This document shows, piece by piece, positions 1-12,654 of a DNA stretch of 64,000 nucleotides. The notes under the pieces are model-generated. The model was not told the origin of the DNA and made no database searches. It worked only from the letters and a program-made list of their open reading frames with translations. Each line of letters starts with the position of its first letter. Positions within the stretch are counted from its first letter, which is position 1. Source of the stretch: Oikopleura dioica (taxonomy: Eukaryota; Animalia; Chordata); the NCBI GenBank assembly GCA_907165135.1, contig OU015568.1:12276001-12340000 (forward strand), read 5' to 3'. The translations under genes and the position numbers were made by a program.

Positions 1-3000
1 TTCCCTGCGCAGGAGTCGGGATCTGCGTCCAGAACTAGCTGTAGATCAAATGCTGGTATGATGTTATCAACGCGTGGCCTCGCCACGTCAGCTGAAAATT
101 ATCGTTAATTTAGAGTCTGTTAAATCGTATTTAAATATGCATCTCTGAAAACACCTCCAAAGGGCGAAATATTCCGTTCAAGAAAAGACTTTTGAACTTT
201 TTAAATAATTGTAATTGATTCAGTCGTGAATGAAAAAGATACGAATACGAAAAATAATGGTCTGTCTGAGAGTAACCGTGGCGGTGAAATTCAATCCCCG
301 CAAAGCGCGACCCTATTCATAATCGTATTTTGGCTCTCATGATCAGCCTCCTCAAGTCGAGCTGATAAAATTAATGTCCCAGGGGATGTAGGAGAGAACA
401 CGGGGGGACTCACGAATTTTCAATTAATTTTGTGATCTACATGCCCTGTGAGGAGCCGACCAATAATTCATTTTCGAGTGTATCTGTTTCATTTTGCCGG
501 AGTCGCTCTTTCGTAAAATACATGTGTACCTTTGATGAGGATAGTGACAAGCTCGGGCCTGCCACTGTCGCGAGTGAAGAATCGACTGACTTGATTTATT
601 TGGACTGGGCTGAAAGTATAGAACGTAATTTGCATGCGAATTACTTTTGCGTCCTTACCTAAATGGTACAGTAGCGATAAGATGACTTTCAGCACTCTGA
701 CAGTCAGATATACTATCGCCAGATTTTGGTCCTTTACAACAGGACCATTGAAGGGCTTCGCGGTAAGTAGGATTTTGGATTTTAAACGCGGCTGATTTCT
801 ATAATCATTTTATTAAAGGATTTCAAGGCCCCTTGTTTCGAGCTCTTAAAATTCCTTGCTCGGCAATTATGCGTCATTTTCGATCACACAATTAGAAAAT
901 ACTATCGTGTTTTTCGGCGACTTACTTTATCTACAGTTAGCCGGGAAGTTTGTTTTTGATAATATTTGAAAAGAGAATCTTCTTCTTCAGAATTGCGACC
1001 AATAGGCTTAATTAAAAAATTGCTAGAATAAGTGCTCGCCCGTTGAGAAAAATACCTTGACAAGATCGCAGGGGCCTCTGTACATGAAGCTTGCACGCGA
1101 TTCATCTCCATCCAGGAGAATTGTATCGCCTCTACCGACTGAAAGCTTGTTAGCAAAAGTCGAGACGAAGGAAAGTGTTCTTACTTTTCAGAAGAATAAA
1201 AAGGAAGGGGAGCATATTACTGTGGTTGCGATGAATTCATTCGGAATTATGAGTAAGTTGAGTCTGAGTTTGGGGATTTTCGGGAGCGGCATTTCGGATA
1301 ATTGAATAAATTATTTTGTTTACGCCTGTTCTAAACAAAGCAGTGCTCTCCTCGCTGAGCCGATGTCACTGGTGACATTCGTAAGTAGCTCAGCGCCCGT
1401 CCTCATCCCTCTTTAACAGTCCAAATTTCACCAGGTATACTTGCCAGCCAAGTAAGTAGATACCGAGGGCAAAAAAGGACGTCCCGCCGGGTCTCACAAA
1501 GCGTCGAGTAAAATGCTCCGCGGATACATTTTAGTTGACCCTTTTGAGATAATAGATAGATTAAATACGCCGGCGAGGCTTAGCTCCAATTATTGTACAG
1601 AAAAAAAAACGAAAAACGCTGATACCGGCATAATGACTAAATTATGAGTTGCGTCTTATTCTAGTCAACCCACTTGCTTGTGCCGCGTGTATGAATAAAG
1701 AATATCAAAGGAGAATTTCTCCTAGACGACGATGAAAACATAAATATTCTGAAGCCAAGGTCTGACCATATTTTACGATGATTTTATGAAGTTTGGAAGT
1801 GATTAAAGAATAAATTTGATAGAAAGCTTATTTTGGCGCTCGAAAAAACATGGTTTTCTGGGAGAAAATTTCTACTGAAAAATTGGCGAGGCTATTTTTA
1901 TAAAATTTCGCTGATGAAGGCCGATATGACATCTGCGAGAATGATATTTAAACTGCTAGCGGCAAGATGTCTGTTGACCCAATAGTTCAATATTTTTATG
2001 AGCAGAGTAACGTTTGCCCTCGACCTTCCACAGCGAAACGAGCGAAAATGCCCCCGCCGAGTCTGTATTTGGCCAGGTAAATATGTTCTAATCATTGACG
2101 CTAAAATTGGCACGTTTATTTGACGAAAATGAATTAAAAAGATTACGCCTCTCAAACAGCAGAACACAAACACACACAAGGCCTGATTTTTGTGCTGATC
2201 CATGCACGAGTAATAGCATTTCTAGCGTCTGGCGGTGCGAAGAACCGCTATCAAAGCAAAAAAAAAAGGCAAGAAGATTTAAGCGCCGACGGGAAAGGCA
2301 TGGCGCGTCTGGTCCCGTCTGTGAAGGAAAGAAAAACGAAAGCGCGGCGCTGATTTTCCACTCTGCTTCCAACTCGTTTGTTATCAGCACTTGAACCGTG
2401 CCTGTAAAATGTACATAACATTAGCGAGTAAATTGTAAAAATCGATCGAGAAGAAAAAACGAAAGGGTTTTTTTTTCTCTTTCTGGACGCGATCGATCTT
2501 CGCGATCATGGCCGCTGCACCGGCAACGTGCAGTGTAAATACTGTATTTATCTTATCTCCACATTCAATTCGAGTGTGGATGAGAAATCCCCCGTGCCTT
2601 GGAACTGATGGAGTACTTCGTAAAGGGAACTTTTTCTGGGCGTTCGGTGATGCGTGGTTTACTCCACACGGAGCTATTTTTGGGATTTATTCACTCTCCG
2701 CTTGCTTAGATTTAATTAAACACGAGTGTTACTCAAGCATCCATCCCAAAATTATCCAGAACAGATGCTCCGACGAACAAATATACACATTTTGTCCCCT
2801 TTGTCCCGCGGTTTTTATGAGTATCGTAATCATAAACTTCAGAAAGTCAGAAACTTGAAGTAGATTTATTGCTGGATTCTAACATTACCGGGCGAAGGTT
2901 GAGGCCGTTATTTATTATTGTCACAGGTCTAAAGTACAGTCTTGTGCACTGCCCCGTGCACTGTAAAACGTGTGTAAACTCGCAGGAGGTAATAAACCCG

Positions 3001-6000
3001 TTCCTTGTGCATGGCAATCTGCCGCTTCTCTGAGCGTCGACGAAGATCTCTCTCTTTCTCTTGTCGTCGTCTCGATTACCGATTTCTAAAACAAAACATT
3101 TTCAGCCTTGTTTTAACGCACACGCCCGCCATTAGTATTTTCAAAGCTGGGCCAGAACTGGAGACAGAAAACAACAGCAACAGCAGATATCTACTGCTTC
3201 TGCTGTCGAGCCTTCTGTTGATGTTTAGATCTGTTTCTTTCACACAGACGATCTCTCTCTGACTCTCTTTCTTTCTCGTGGTTTTTTCGATTTTCCTTTT
3301 TCAATATTTTTCTTTGGTAGCAGTCTCTTTTGGTTCGTGAACCGGCGAGCCAAGCGCGCCATCGTTGAAAGCCAGGTTCGCTTAAAAAGCAGCACGTCCG
3401 CGCGCGCTTCGCCCCGCGCCTTCGATCTCGCTTTTGGTTCGAAAGTGCGGGCCGAATGTTCCCGTGCGGGCCACTGCGGACCACGGCGACTTCGGTGCGG
3501 GTCGGGTCCGCTGGCGGCGCGGGCGAGGCAACGCGCCATAAGGACATTGAACCGGGAGGCTCGCTTTGGAAGTCACTCTCAAAGGCGCGGTTAAGAAGCG
3601 AGAAGAGCTTCGAGGCGTAGGCGGACGGGAGCAGTCGGGCGATGACGGGAGAGACTGCGCCGTTGCACGCGCCGAGGAGCTCACGTCCGCGCTGGAGATG
3701 ATCCTCGGCGACCAATCGCGCCTGAGCAGGGGCGGCACTTGATCTTCTGAAACTTCAAGTGCAACGCTCTGAGCACACGCCAGACCTTACCTATTCAACC
3801 ATTTACCAGGCTAGTAGATGAACATTATCGATGGCTCACATAAGAGCGAGCCCACCACACCAGATTTGGACCCATGCTCAAGTTCACGGCTCTTGGGGTC
3901 GTCCAGATTTCACAACGACGGTTGTTGAATTATCCTCACGTGTGCCTCGACCTCCAGAACAATTAAGACCTGTGTTTTCACCCCGAGCGGACGGAAAGTT
4001 TTTCTTTCGAGGGTTAGTTGGGGTTCATTATTTCGACACTAGTAAATAATCTGACTTCCTTATTTTGAATACAAATAGCTTATGCAAAATAATTTGTTCT
4101 TGTGGGTTTAACCCGGAATATCAAAATAAACAGATAAGAAATTGTAAATTCTAGGTAAAAATCTCAATCTCTTATCAGAAGAATTGCAGGAAAATTCGAC
4201 ATTTACCTTATTTTTTGACGCTACTGTAATTAAACTCGCTTCAATCAATTTGAAAGTATCTTTCTTTTCAAATCAATTATGAGCTGCTGAAGGGGTCGGC
4301 GGTTGTTTTTGATCTCTAAATTTCAACACAATTTCGAATTCAAGACTTTCGATTTCTTCACCAATCCGCAATAGAACTGGTGTGGTATGTGTTGATTTAC
4401 ATTGATGAACTCCTGAAAACGCCGGTACTAACGCGCGGATACGCCTGGTGCGCTGAATAATTTGATCGAAATCCTCATTGAATTAAGAATAAATCGACGT
4501 TTCTTTCAATAGCTACGGTTTCTCTTGAGAATAAGACGCAAATTCAAAGTTCAAAAAAACGTGTTTTCTCATTTCGTCTATTTTTTAATAAATGTATTTT
4601 TTGTGTTTCCGCCGGAAATATGTATATTTTAAGAAACAGTCTGATTACTGTATTTATCTACCCGAAAATTGTTGAAATATTTCTTCAAAGAAGAGGCTAA
4701 ATTTCATGCACAACGGCAATTGTTTAATATGCCATCAAGGTAGGGTAGTTAAACGAAGGAAATAGACTAAAGCTGACTTTATGTATAGGTTTAAGGTAAT
4801 TCTGATGGAGACCTTTCAAGAGGCTCCTTATCGGCGGGAGCGCAACTCAGCAATCGAGCGCGGAGCTGACGTGGATACGACTTGAGGAGACTTTCCCGGA
4901 TCCAATTTTAGAAAAAATATATTACTGATTTATTTCTAATAACTTTTGATTGACGCGCTGGCTAAATTAACTAGTGCATATTTATAATAAGAAATCAATG
5001 AAGATGGATCTTGGATCCTCGTCGACCTTCTTTTTTGCCGGCACAGACGCGAGCTGTGGTCAGCTTCTTCTTCAGACTTAATTAGTTGAAATAAAAAATT
5101 ATTTGCCCTTGCGAGGAGCCAGCGGTTTCGGGGAGCGCACCTTCTCGATAAGCCACCTCGTAAATCATTAATTTATTAGTAATGAACTTCGACAAGAGTC
5201 AGCAGAATTCGCCTTTGACCTGGCGCGCTGATAATCGCTGAAATTTCACTCTTCAAAGGAAATTCAACGAAGGCGGAACTTCCTCGCCGGATGCGCGTAG
5301 TCAACTGTTCATCTCTGGCTTCCGTTACGAGCCGTTTTGAAGTCTGGCCGTCCTTTTTTGTTGACAAAGTAGCTAAATAATTTAGACGGTCGTTTTTACA
5401 TTCTCAGAAGCTACAATCGACAGGCAGTCTGCTTCCGTGACCGCAATTATTCTGATATTATTCCGTCACATTTCAGCGGGTTCAATCGTCTTCCTGTCCA
5501 GGTTGAGTTCAGCGGGCGTCTGTTAATCGCGAAATTTATTGAAGCCTATAAACACGTTACGTGTTCGCCTTCTCATTTTCAAGGTTCAATATTGAAGAAG
5601 AAAAGGGAAAATTTCACCTTCATCGTAATTGCTTCATTTATCAATGGAATAGTGTATAATCAAAATGGAACTCTTAGTAGCATTTGAAAATTCCCGCATG
5701 AGCCATTTATTTCCTGTAAAACCGGGGCTCTTTGAAGCACGAGTGTCTAAAACACACCTCGTTTATTCTGAGAACTCACAGATTCGCCAAGTTCAAGAGC
5801 CAGAAATCCTTGAGACAAAGCTCTTCTCTTTGCTGAGAGGCTTTTGTTTTCGCAGACTCTCTCATTGTGAAGTAGTGAGTTTACCAGTCTACGAAGGAAC
5901 TTACTGACCCCAGTCGGTATGGTATAATTTTTGGTTGGAACAATAAAACCTCAAGCTGGTCTAGCTCGACCGCGCTAGAGTTTAAGCCTATTGTTGACTG

Positions 6001-6125
6001 CAGTTGCTCGTTTTTGACAATGAAACTTAGTGATGATGCTTTCATTGCGCATCAGCACTAATTCGAAGGTATAAAAAATCACTTTATTCAGCGAGTATGG
6101 ATATAACAGCTTGCAAAGGATACAC

Positions 6126-6971
6126 TTAGTTTAGCAGGCAAGACTCATAAGTAGGCACCATGTACTTGATATTGATGAATGCATCTGGACCACCGTGCTT
6201 CTCGAACGCCTCGAGGGTCTCTTGGATCAATTCTCTAGAATACAGTCAGTCACTTGTTTACTGGCTTGTTACTGGCTTACCCGATGTTCTCCCGCTTTTG
6301 CTGCGAGTAGTCGATTCCGTCGCCGCTGTTGAGGTTCATGTTTTTGAAAATGTTCAGGATGGGGAGAATCTGGCGGTAGTAGGGAACCAAAGCTTCGCCA
6401 ACGATATCGGCAGAGATGACGAGGTGCTGGAGGACCTTCAGTGTCGTGCAGATGGTCGGTCGGCATCGCGTGTTCAGAGCGTTTTTAATCGGAATGATCA
6501 GCTGGGGAATAACTAAAGAATAGTACTCAATATTCTATTGCTGAAAAGGAAAGTCTTACCTGGAAGAATTTTCGATCCACCATGCTCGAGCATATCATGA
6601 ACTCCTTGTCTAGCAAAGAATTCATATGGGTGCGTTGTTTCGCTATTGAAAACAGTAACATAACGTGTCAAGCAAAAGTTTCTTACCATAAGCCATCGAA
6701 AAAGAGTGGCAAATAATGGTGATAGTCAAGCTTCTCGATCTCTACTTTCCATGCGATTCGATTTCCTTTTGTATCGTGCTCAAGGGCGATGGGGAAATCT
6801 CCTCGCTCATAAAATTTTCGGAAAGAGGTGGGACCTAGATTAAATTCTTATTTGTGACTTCCGAAAGGAGATCTTACCGCTCTGTCGTTTTTTGAAGGCG
6901 CCAGCGGTAGGTGGGCCGATGATCTGCGCTTTGGGGCTCCTTGATTTGATAGTGAATCCTTCGGTCTCCAT
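6126..6971 (-). CDS. PACRG: Parkin co-regulated gene protein (axonemal inner-junction protein), multi-exon
   Basis: Spliced translation gives METEGFTIK...[53 protein letters not shown] and [17 protein letters not shown], nearly identical to PACRG as I recall it. GT-AG introns; ATG at 6971, TAA at 6126-6128. Confidence 0.95.
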
Positions 6972-7162
6972 CCCACCTGCTAGATACTGTCAAATGTTGA
7001 AAAAAATCTCCCGCGAAAGAAGGGAAAAAACGAAAAAAGATCTTACCTTTTCCGGTTTTTTATTTAAACTGATTTCAAAAACCGAGATTTGGCAACAACA
7101 AGGACCCTGTTCTAGAAAATCGACGAATAAGTTGAGTTTATTATGCAGTTTTTTTATTGTGG

Positions 7163-9966
7163 TTAAATTGATGATACGGATCCGTTGGCGATTTTTGAGT
7201 GCGCAATCGCCACTTTTTTCTGCCTCTTCATTTCTTCTTTCATCGATCTTCGTATTGAAATTTGCTTTGGCGCGTTTTTCGAAAGATTTGTTACGTTTTT
7301 CCACACTTGATCAATTTATCAATGGTTTTAAGATTAAATTGCTGTACCTTTTAGTATGTCGACGTACCACTGCTCTTGCTCGAAGCCCATTTCGAAAGAG
7401 AAAGTGATGTCCCGCGAATGAGTTTTAATAAGAATCGCCTCAGTGTCTTTTGGCTTGATCTTTTCCACCGAGATGATCTCGTCGATGGGAATGACGATCT
7501 GCTCGGCCGGTATCTCGAGCCGATTCGGAAAGAGAAAAATCTCTCTTTTGGACCACGTTGGGTTGAACCTTTTTTGGGGGTCAATTATCTGGAATTATTG
7601 AATCGCAAAGAAGATACCTGGAATCGGCGGCTTTTGAGCAAACTCCTCGGATTAAAATGTCTTGAAATTCGGTTTCTTGAAGCTGATCGCCGCTGTTATC
7701 TTCGTTTTGACTCTTTTCAATCGCATTTTGAGTGGACAAGTCAAAGACAGTGTCTATTTAGGTTTCTATGATGCTATACTAACGTGAGAGATAAGAAACA
7801 TAAGAAACCATAGCTAGAATTTCTTTTCGCCATTTAGTCTTGCTTATAAACTCGTATTTTGCTGAACTATTTCCGATGCATTTTGAGTCTTGTTCCAAAC
7901 AAGCAATTCTGTCCACTATTTCTTCCTCTAGCAACCATTGATGATTTGAAAGGATATTGTCAAACCTGTTCTTGTTGAGACGATAATTGGTGCATCAATT
8001 GTTTTAAGCTCCATTTGTGACCAGTTTGTCTGATGGAAGATCTTCTCCGTTCGGATTTGATCGACTTTCAGGCGCGCACCTGGGTCGCTGCTTCTTTTGG
8101 ATTCGTTTTGTGCAACAATAGTTACCCAAATCAATATTTGACGTACTTATATCAAAAAAGGTGGCTCGACAATGTTTTGTAAAAATCCAAGCTTAGCATT
8201 TTTGCGAGCAAAATTTGCAAACCAAGTGGCGAGACTTGATTCAATCTGTCAAGCAATTTATACGATATTTGCTCCGTGATAGGGTCCGTCACTGAATGAA
8301 ACAGGTTAGGTTTGTCTTCTGCTGCTGTGTCTTACCTATTGGCGACTCTCCATAAAACAAGTAATAAATTGTGCAGCCAAGAGAGAAGATATCACACGAT
8401 TTGCTGTAGCTGTCGGAGATAACTTCCGGTGCTTTGAACTGAGGGGAACCGACGTCGCCAGTGATTTCATTGTTGTTAGAGCAGATGACAGCGTCGAAGA
8501 AGTTACTGATCATGCAATGTCCGGTGCCTGAGAGTCGGAATGAAAAATCAATTTTCTAAAGCTCAATTTGATTTTGGCTTTTTGTCCGTTCCTGAGATGA
8601 GAATCGACCTCGGACAAATGTTTCTGTGGCAGATATTATGCTGGTGTATGAACTCCAGGCCAATGACCATCTCGCACGTGTAGAAGAGCACCTCCTCCAA
8701 GGTGAATCCACCGCGCTGATTATGCAGCTTCAGCAAATCGCCCCCGTCGCCAAAGTCATGGACTACAATCGCAATTATCCATCATTCTGCTACACTACTT
8801 AAGACTTACTGAATAAGATGGTCGAGCAATCCTGGAATATGTAGCTGACTTGGTCGATAAAAGCACCTTTCGTGCAAGATACGCTCATTAGAAACTCGTT
8901 TATTTTCTATGACCAACAAATCATCAACGATCATTAACAACTGAGTTATGTTCCAGACATAAGCGAGCCACGTCCCTGAGAAGAGTCAAAATGTCAAAAT
9001 AGTTTTCTAGCTGATCGAAGTCTGGCATTTTGTCTTTTGCCATAATTCGAAGCGCGTATGTTGCATTCGTATCCGTTTTCGTTACTTTGTAAACGTCACC
9101 TTTTAGAATTGGTCATTAAAAGATCAAGACTAATCGTCTTGAGTTCGCTTTCGCCTGGGTTTTTAATTGAGTTAGCACGAGTTCAATCGGTGTTGATTTA
9201 GTTAGAGTAATGACCATGACGAAATGGCCAGATTCGATCTTGGAATAATTGCTAAATGTGTCCAAATTTACTCGCAAATCAAGCTCTAGGCATTTCCACT
9301 GAAGGTAGACTGTCGATGAATATGAATCTTGGAAGACGTCCCAGCCGAGATAGCTCAATAACGAGTACAGTAGATGATAGTCTGAGGGGATATACTTAAG
9401 AACCTTCTCCGCGCTCCATTTAAATAGCTTATCCCATTCCTGATGAAAATACAATTTCTTCATTTAGCTCCAGTTTTCTTATAAAAACCTCAATCTGTTG
9501 AGAGTCCAGCTCAAATCCTCAAAAAAGCTCTTACTAAATACTCTTCAGACTTGACAAGAAACCTTTAAGCTCGGTAGATTTATACACATTTCGGAGCACA
9601 TAAACTAACTCGTTGAGGTATCGTGTGATTCCAATCGGTCGTATTTTATGCTGAAATTGCACTTGAACGAAATGAGCTAAAAGCAAAACTTGCTTGTTTC
9701 TTGCTGAGCTCAAAAATCTCCATAAGTCCTCTGGTAGTACGATCTTCTTGAAGAGCTCTTTTGATGAGTTTGGTTCCGATTGCATCTTCCCACACATCGT
9801 CGAAGTTCCACAGATGATTTTGTTCAAGAAATCTCTATATCAAAGAAATAAAGTTACAATAGTTGCTGGTGCATCTTACCAGAACAACAGATCTTACAGA
9901 AGTCGGAGGTAAGTCCAGTGATTTAGCTCTTTTGCCACGTTTCGATACACGTCTCAAAATATCCAT
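7163..9966 (-). CDS. GRK2/GRK3 (beta-ARK)-like protein with RH, kinase-fold and PH domains; probable pseudokinase
   Basis: Hand-spliced segments align colinearly with GRK2: LPPTSVRSVV (N-term); QWKCLELDLRVNLDTF; GDVYKVTKTDTNATYALRIM; YIFQDCSTILFIHDFGDGGDL; FYTCEMVIGLEFIH; DIFSLGCTIYYLFYGESP; YEFISKTKWRKEIL; and PH-domain IFLFPNRLE. Some exon joins are unresolved. Confidence 0.85.
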
Positions 9967-11575
9967 CTTCGGAGAAAAAAAAAACTATTCTATCTAGTAG
10001 CCATAAAGCACGTGATAAATGTTCATTATGCACAGTTAAGTCCCGCTATGTCCATTTGAGGGAGGAGAATGGCCCTCTGTTGCCTCCGTCTCATTAAAAC
10101 ACGGGAAATGAAAACCGAAGCACTTAATGCTCGCCCGATAAATATATCTACTCAAAGAGGAGCTATATATTTGGATTGAAAGCATTTACTTTACGTCAAT
10201 TTTGTAATGTCTGCTACAAATTGATGTGTACCGTTCCTGATTTCAAGCTCAGCTCGCGATTGTCTTCTGCTGAGCTTTTTCTTTGGAGCTCTGATGTTGA
10301 AAGCCTAGAAAAAAAAATAGAATGAATTTTCACAGTAATTACTATCTCCTTGGAATTACCTTGAAAGCCATAGCAGCAAGGCGAACACATTTTCTTATAT
10401 AGGCTCAGCGCGTCAATTTTACTACCAGTGGCAAGTATTGGCAATTTTAAAACGATACGCAGCCGAAATGAATTATTCCACGGCCCAGTAATTTTCTTCT
10501 GAGCCCGAATGCCTAAATCGTTCCCTCGCTCGCTTCCTTTTTTGCAGATTTTCTGCTTTATGTAAGTTCAATTACTGTTAGCAAAAGTATTTTGACAGGA
10601 GTTGTGACCCGACTGGAATGGCTAATCTTTAGATTTTGACACTGTATATAACCTCATTTGGCTTTGTAACTATATAAATATGTTGCTAAGAAAATAGGAT
10701 GTCAGGGTTAATATTCTCATCTGAAACGCTAAACCATAACCCTAACCCTAAGTTCTATTGATTTTACTTCTAAAAACATAGCTTTTACGAGAAAAAATTT
10801 AAGGCAGTTTCTTCTCGAGCAATTTCGAACTCTTCTTCAACGAAGCTAGGCTTTCTCGACCCGTCCTGCATTAGTGACAGTTGCCTCGTAGAGCGTTTTT
10901 CATTACTGGCAGTGGAACACAAAGGGAATTTGCTCATTTTAATCTTCTCTTGCAAGGGTTTCAAATTGTTATCGCCCAGTTTATAAATTTGATTAAAATC
11001 GAGCAGCTCTCGCTTGAAACGAGTCACTCTTTCCAGCTCAAATACTTGCAGTTATTTTCAGGCTCTGTGTTTGTGTTATGCTATAATTACCTGCGAAGAG
11101 GATAAAGCTCATGAGGTCTGTGAAGCGTATGGGGCTTTACTGACTTATTTATATCTTCGCTTATAGCTGCGTTAATGGAATACGAAAGCTGCTGGGAATC
11201 GAACTGAACCGTCTGAATTCTTACTGTTTCTGTGGGGCGCTTCTTGGAAACCCTTCTTTTGCCTCTCTTTATTTAAAATAGGGCCTTTGGTCGTGGCATA
11301 AGTGTCTTAAATCTGGTGACTTCTAATGAGCAAATAAAAAAATACAAAACAAATCGGAAAATCGGACATGACAAGAATGACGTGCCGTCGATAGACTTAT
11401 CTACTGACAGATGATCGAATTAACTTCCATTTTTGAACGAGTTCATAGCCCATTCAATAGAATCATCTTTAATAAACTCGTGCTTACTGAGTGATCGTCC
11501 GAGATAATGCGACTATTTCTTGAAATACTGTATCTTCCGCTACTGAGAAACGATAAGAAATATTTTGAGTGTTAA

Positions 11576-12329
11576 GGATATAGCCGTTCTCAAGGCACTT
11601 TCGTAGCGCCAAAAGGGGACGATAAAATTTTTTCATTTCAAAAGGAACCCTACCTAAAATTGCCTTAGAAACCCGATTCTAGTGTTCTTTTTAATTTTTT
11701 AATGGAAAAATTTCTCTCTAGAGCAATTTTAAATCTTCCGATCACTTTTTCTCGAAAATTTTCCATTAAATCGGTCGAGTTTTTTCGATAAATTAAAAAT
11801 TTGGACCTTTCTCTAAATTCCTAGGGCCAAAAATTTAAAAGATTCTAAATATTTATGATTCTACAGCCATTTTTATGAGGCTTACTTGAGTGAGCCGAAG
11901 CGTCAGACAGCGCTCTGGTTTGCTGCGCTGGGCGCTCTCCTCCATCGCGCGGTGAGGCGGGCATGTGAAAGAGCGCGCTGATTGGTCGAGCGCCCTGAAC
12001 GCAGTATTTTTGAAAAAGAACAGACAAAAAGAAGAAGACGCTAGAATTTAAATTTGCTCGGGTTTTGAGATTTTGAGGCCCTAGGAAGATAGATTGGCAG
12101 TTATTAATAATAATACACGGTTTAGTTTTAGCGATTTAATTGAAAGATTTCGAGAAAAAGTGATCGTAAGATTTCAAATCGCTCCAGAGAGAAATTTTCT
12201 TTGAAAAAAATTTAAAAAAACATCAAAATCGAATTCTAGACATAATTTTAGGTAGGACCTGTCTTAGAATGAAAAAATTTTATCGCCCCATTTCGGCGCT
12301 ACGAAAGTGCCTTGAGAACGGCTATATCC
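11576..12329. mobile_element. Non-autonomous TIR element (MITE) with TTAA TSD and GG...CC termini, Kolobok-like
   Basis: TTAA (11572-11575) GGATATAGCCGTTCTCAAGGCACTTTCGTAGCGCC ... GGCGCTACGAAAGTGCCTTGAGAACGGCTATATCC TTAA (12330-12333). Imperfect inverted arms extend about 270 bp; no transposase ORF. Confidence 0.85.
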
Positions 12330-12654
12330 TTAATTTCGAAGTACCAATATTTGCAAATAGCATTCAAATAATGCAATGTGTTGAAAAGAGTTGAAAAGGG
12401 AAACCATTACAGTAGTCAAGAATACGCCCTGGCAGAATAATGGTGGGAACAAGCGCGCTGGGTACGCCCAATCAGGAGCGCGAAATATTTGGAGAGACTC
12501 CTTATTTTTTACTTTCCGCGAGAGAAAAGAAGGGATGAATTCGACATGATCAGAGGGCTTCTGACGGGCGCTAATAAAGGTTGTTTTTCTAGACAAATAT
12601 AGACAAGATTCTTGTCGCATAAATCAAACAATTCGTTCAAATAAAAATTTTGAA

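Noticed and set aside
1-5900. Several exon-like stretches on both strands and a CpG-rich block at 3330-3760
   Set aside because: Probably contains genes, but I could not build a consistent spliced model or recognise any motif; the track ORFs overlap on opposite strands without support.
6160-7771. Plus-strand ORFs 6160-6516, 6892-7407 and 7376-7771
   Set aside because: Antisense shadows of PACRG and the GRK-like gene.
10214-11450. Possible minus-strand multi-exon gene upstream of the GRK-like gene
   Set aside because: Exon-like ORFs are present, but there is no recognisable domain and no secure splice chain.
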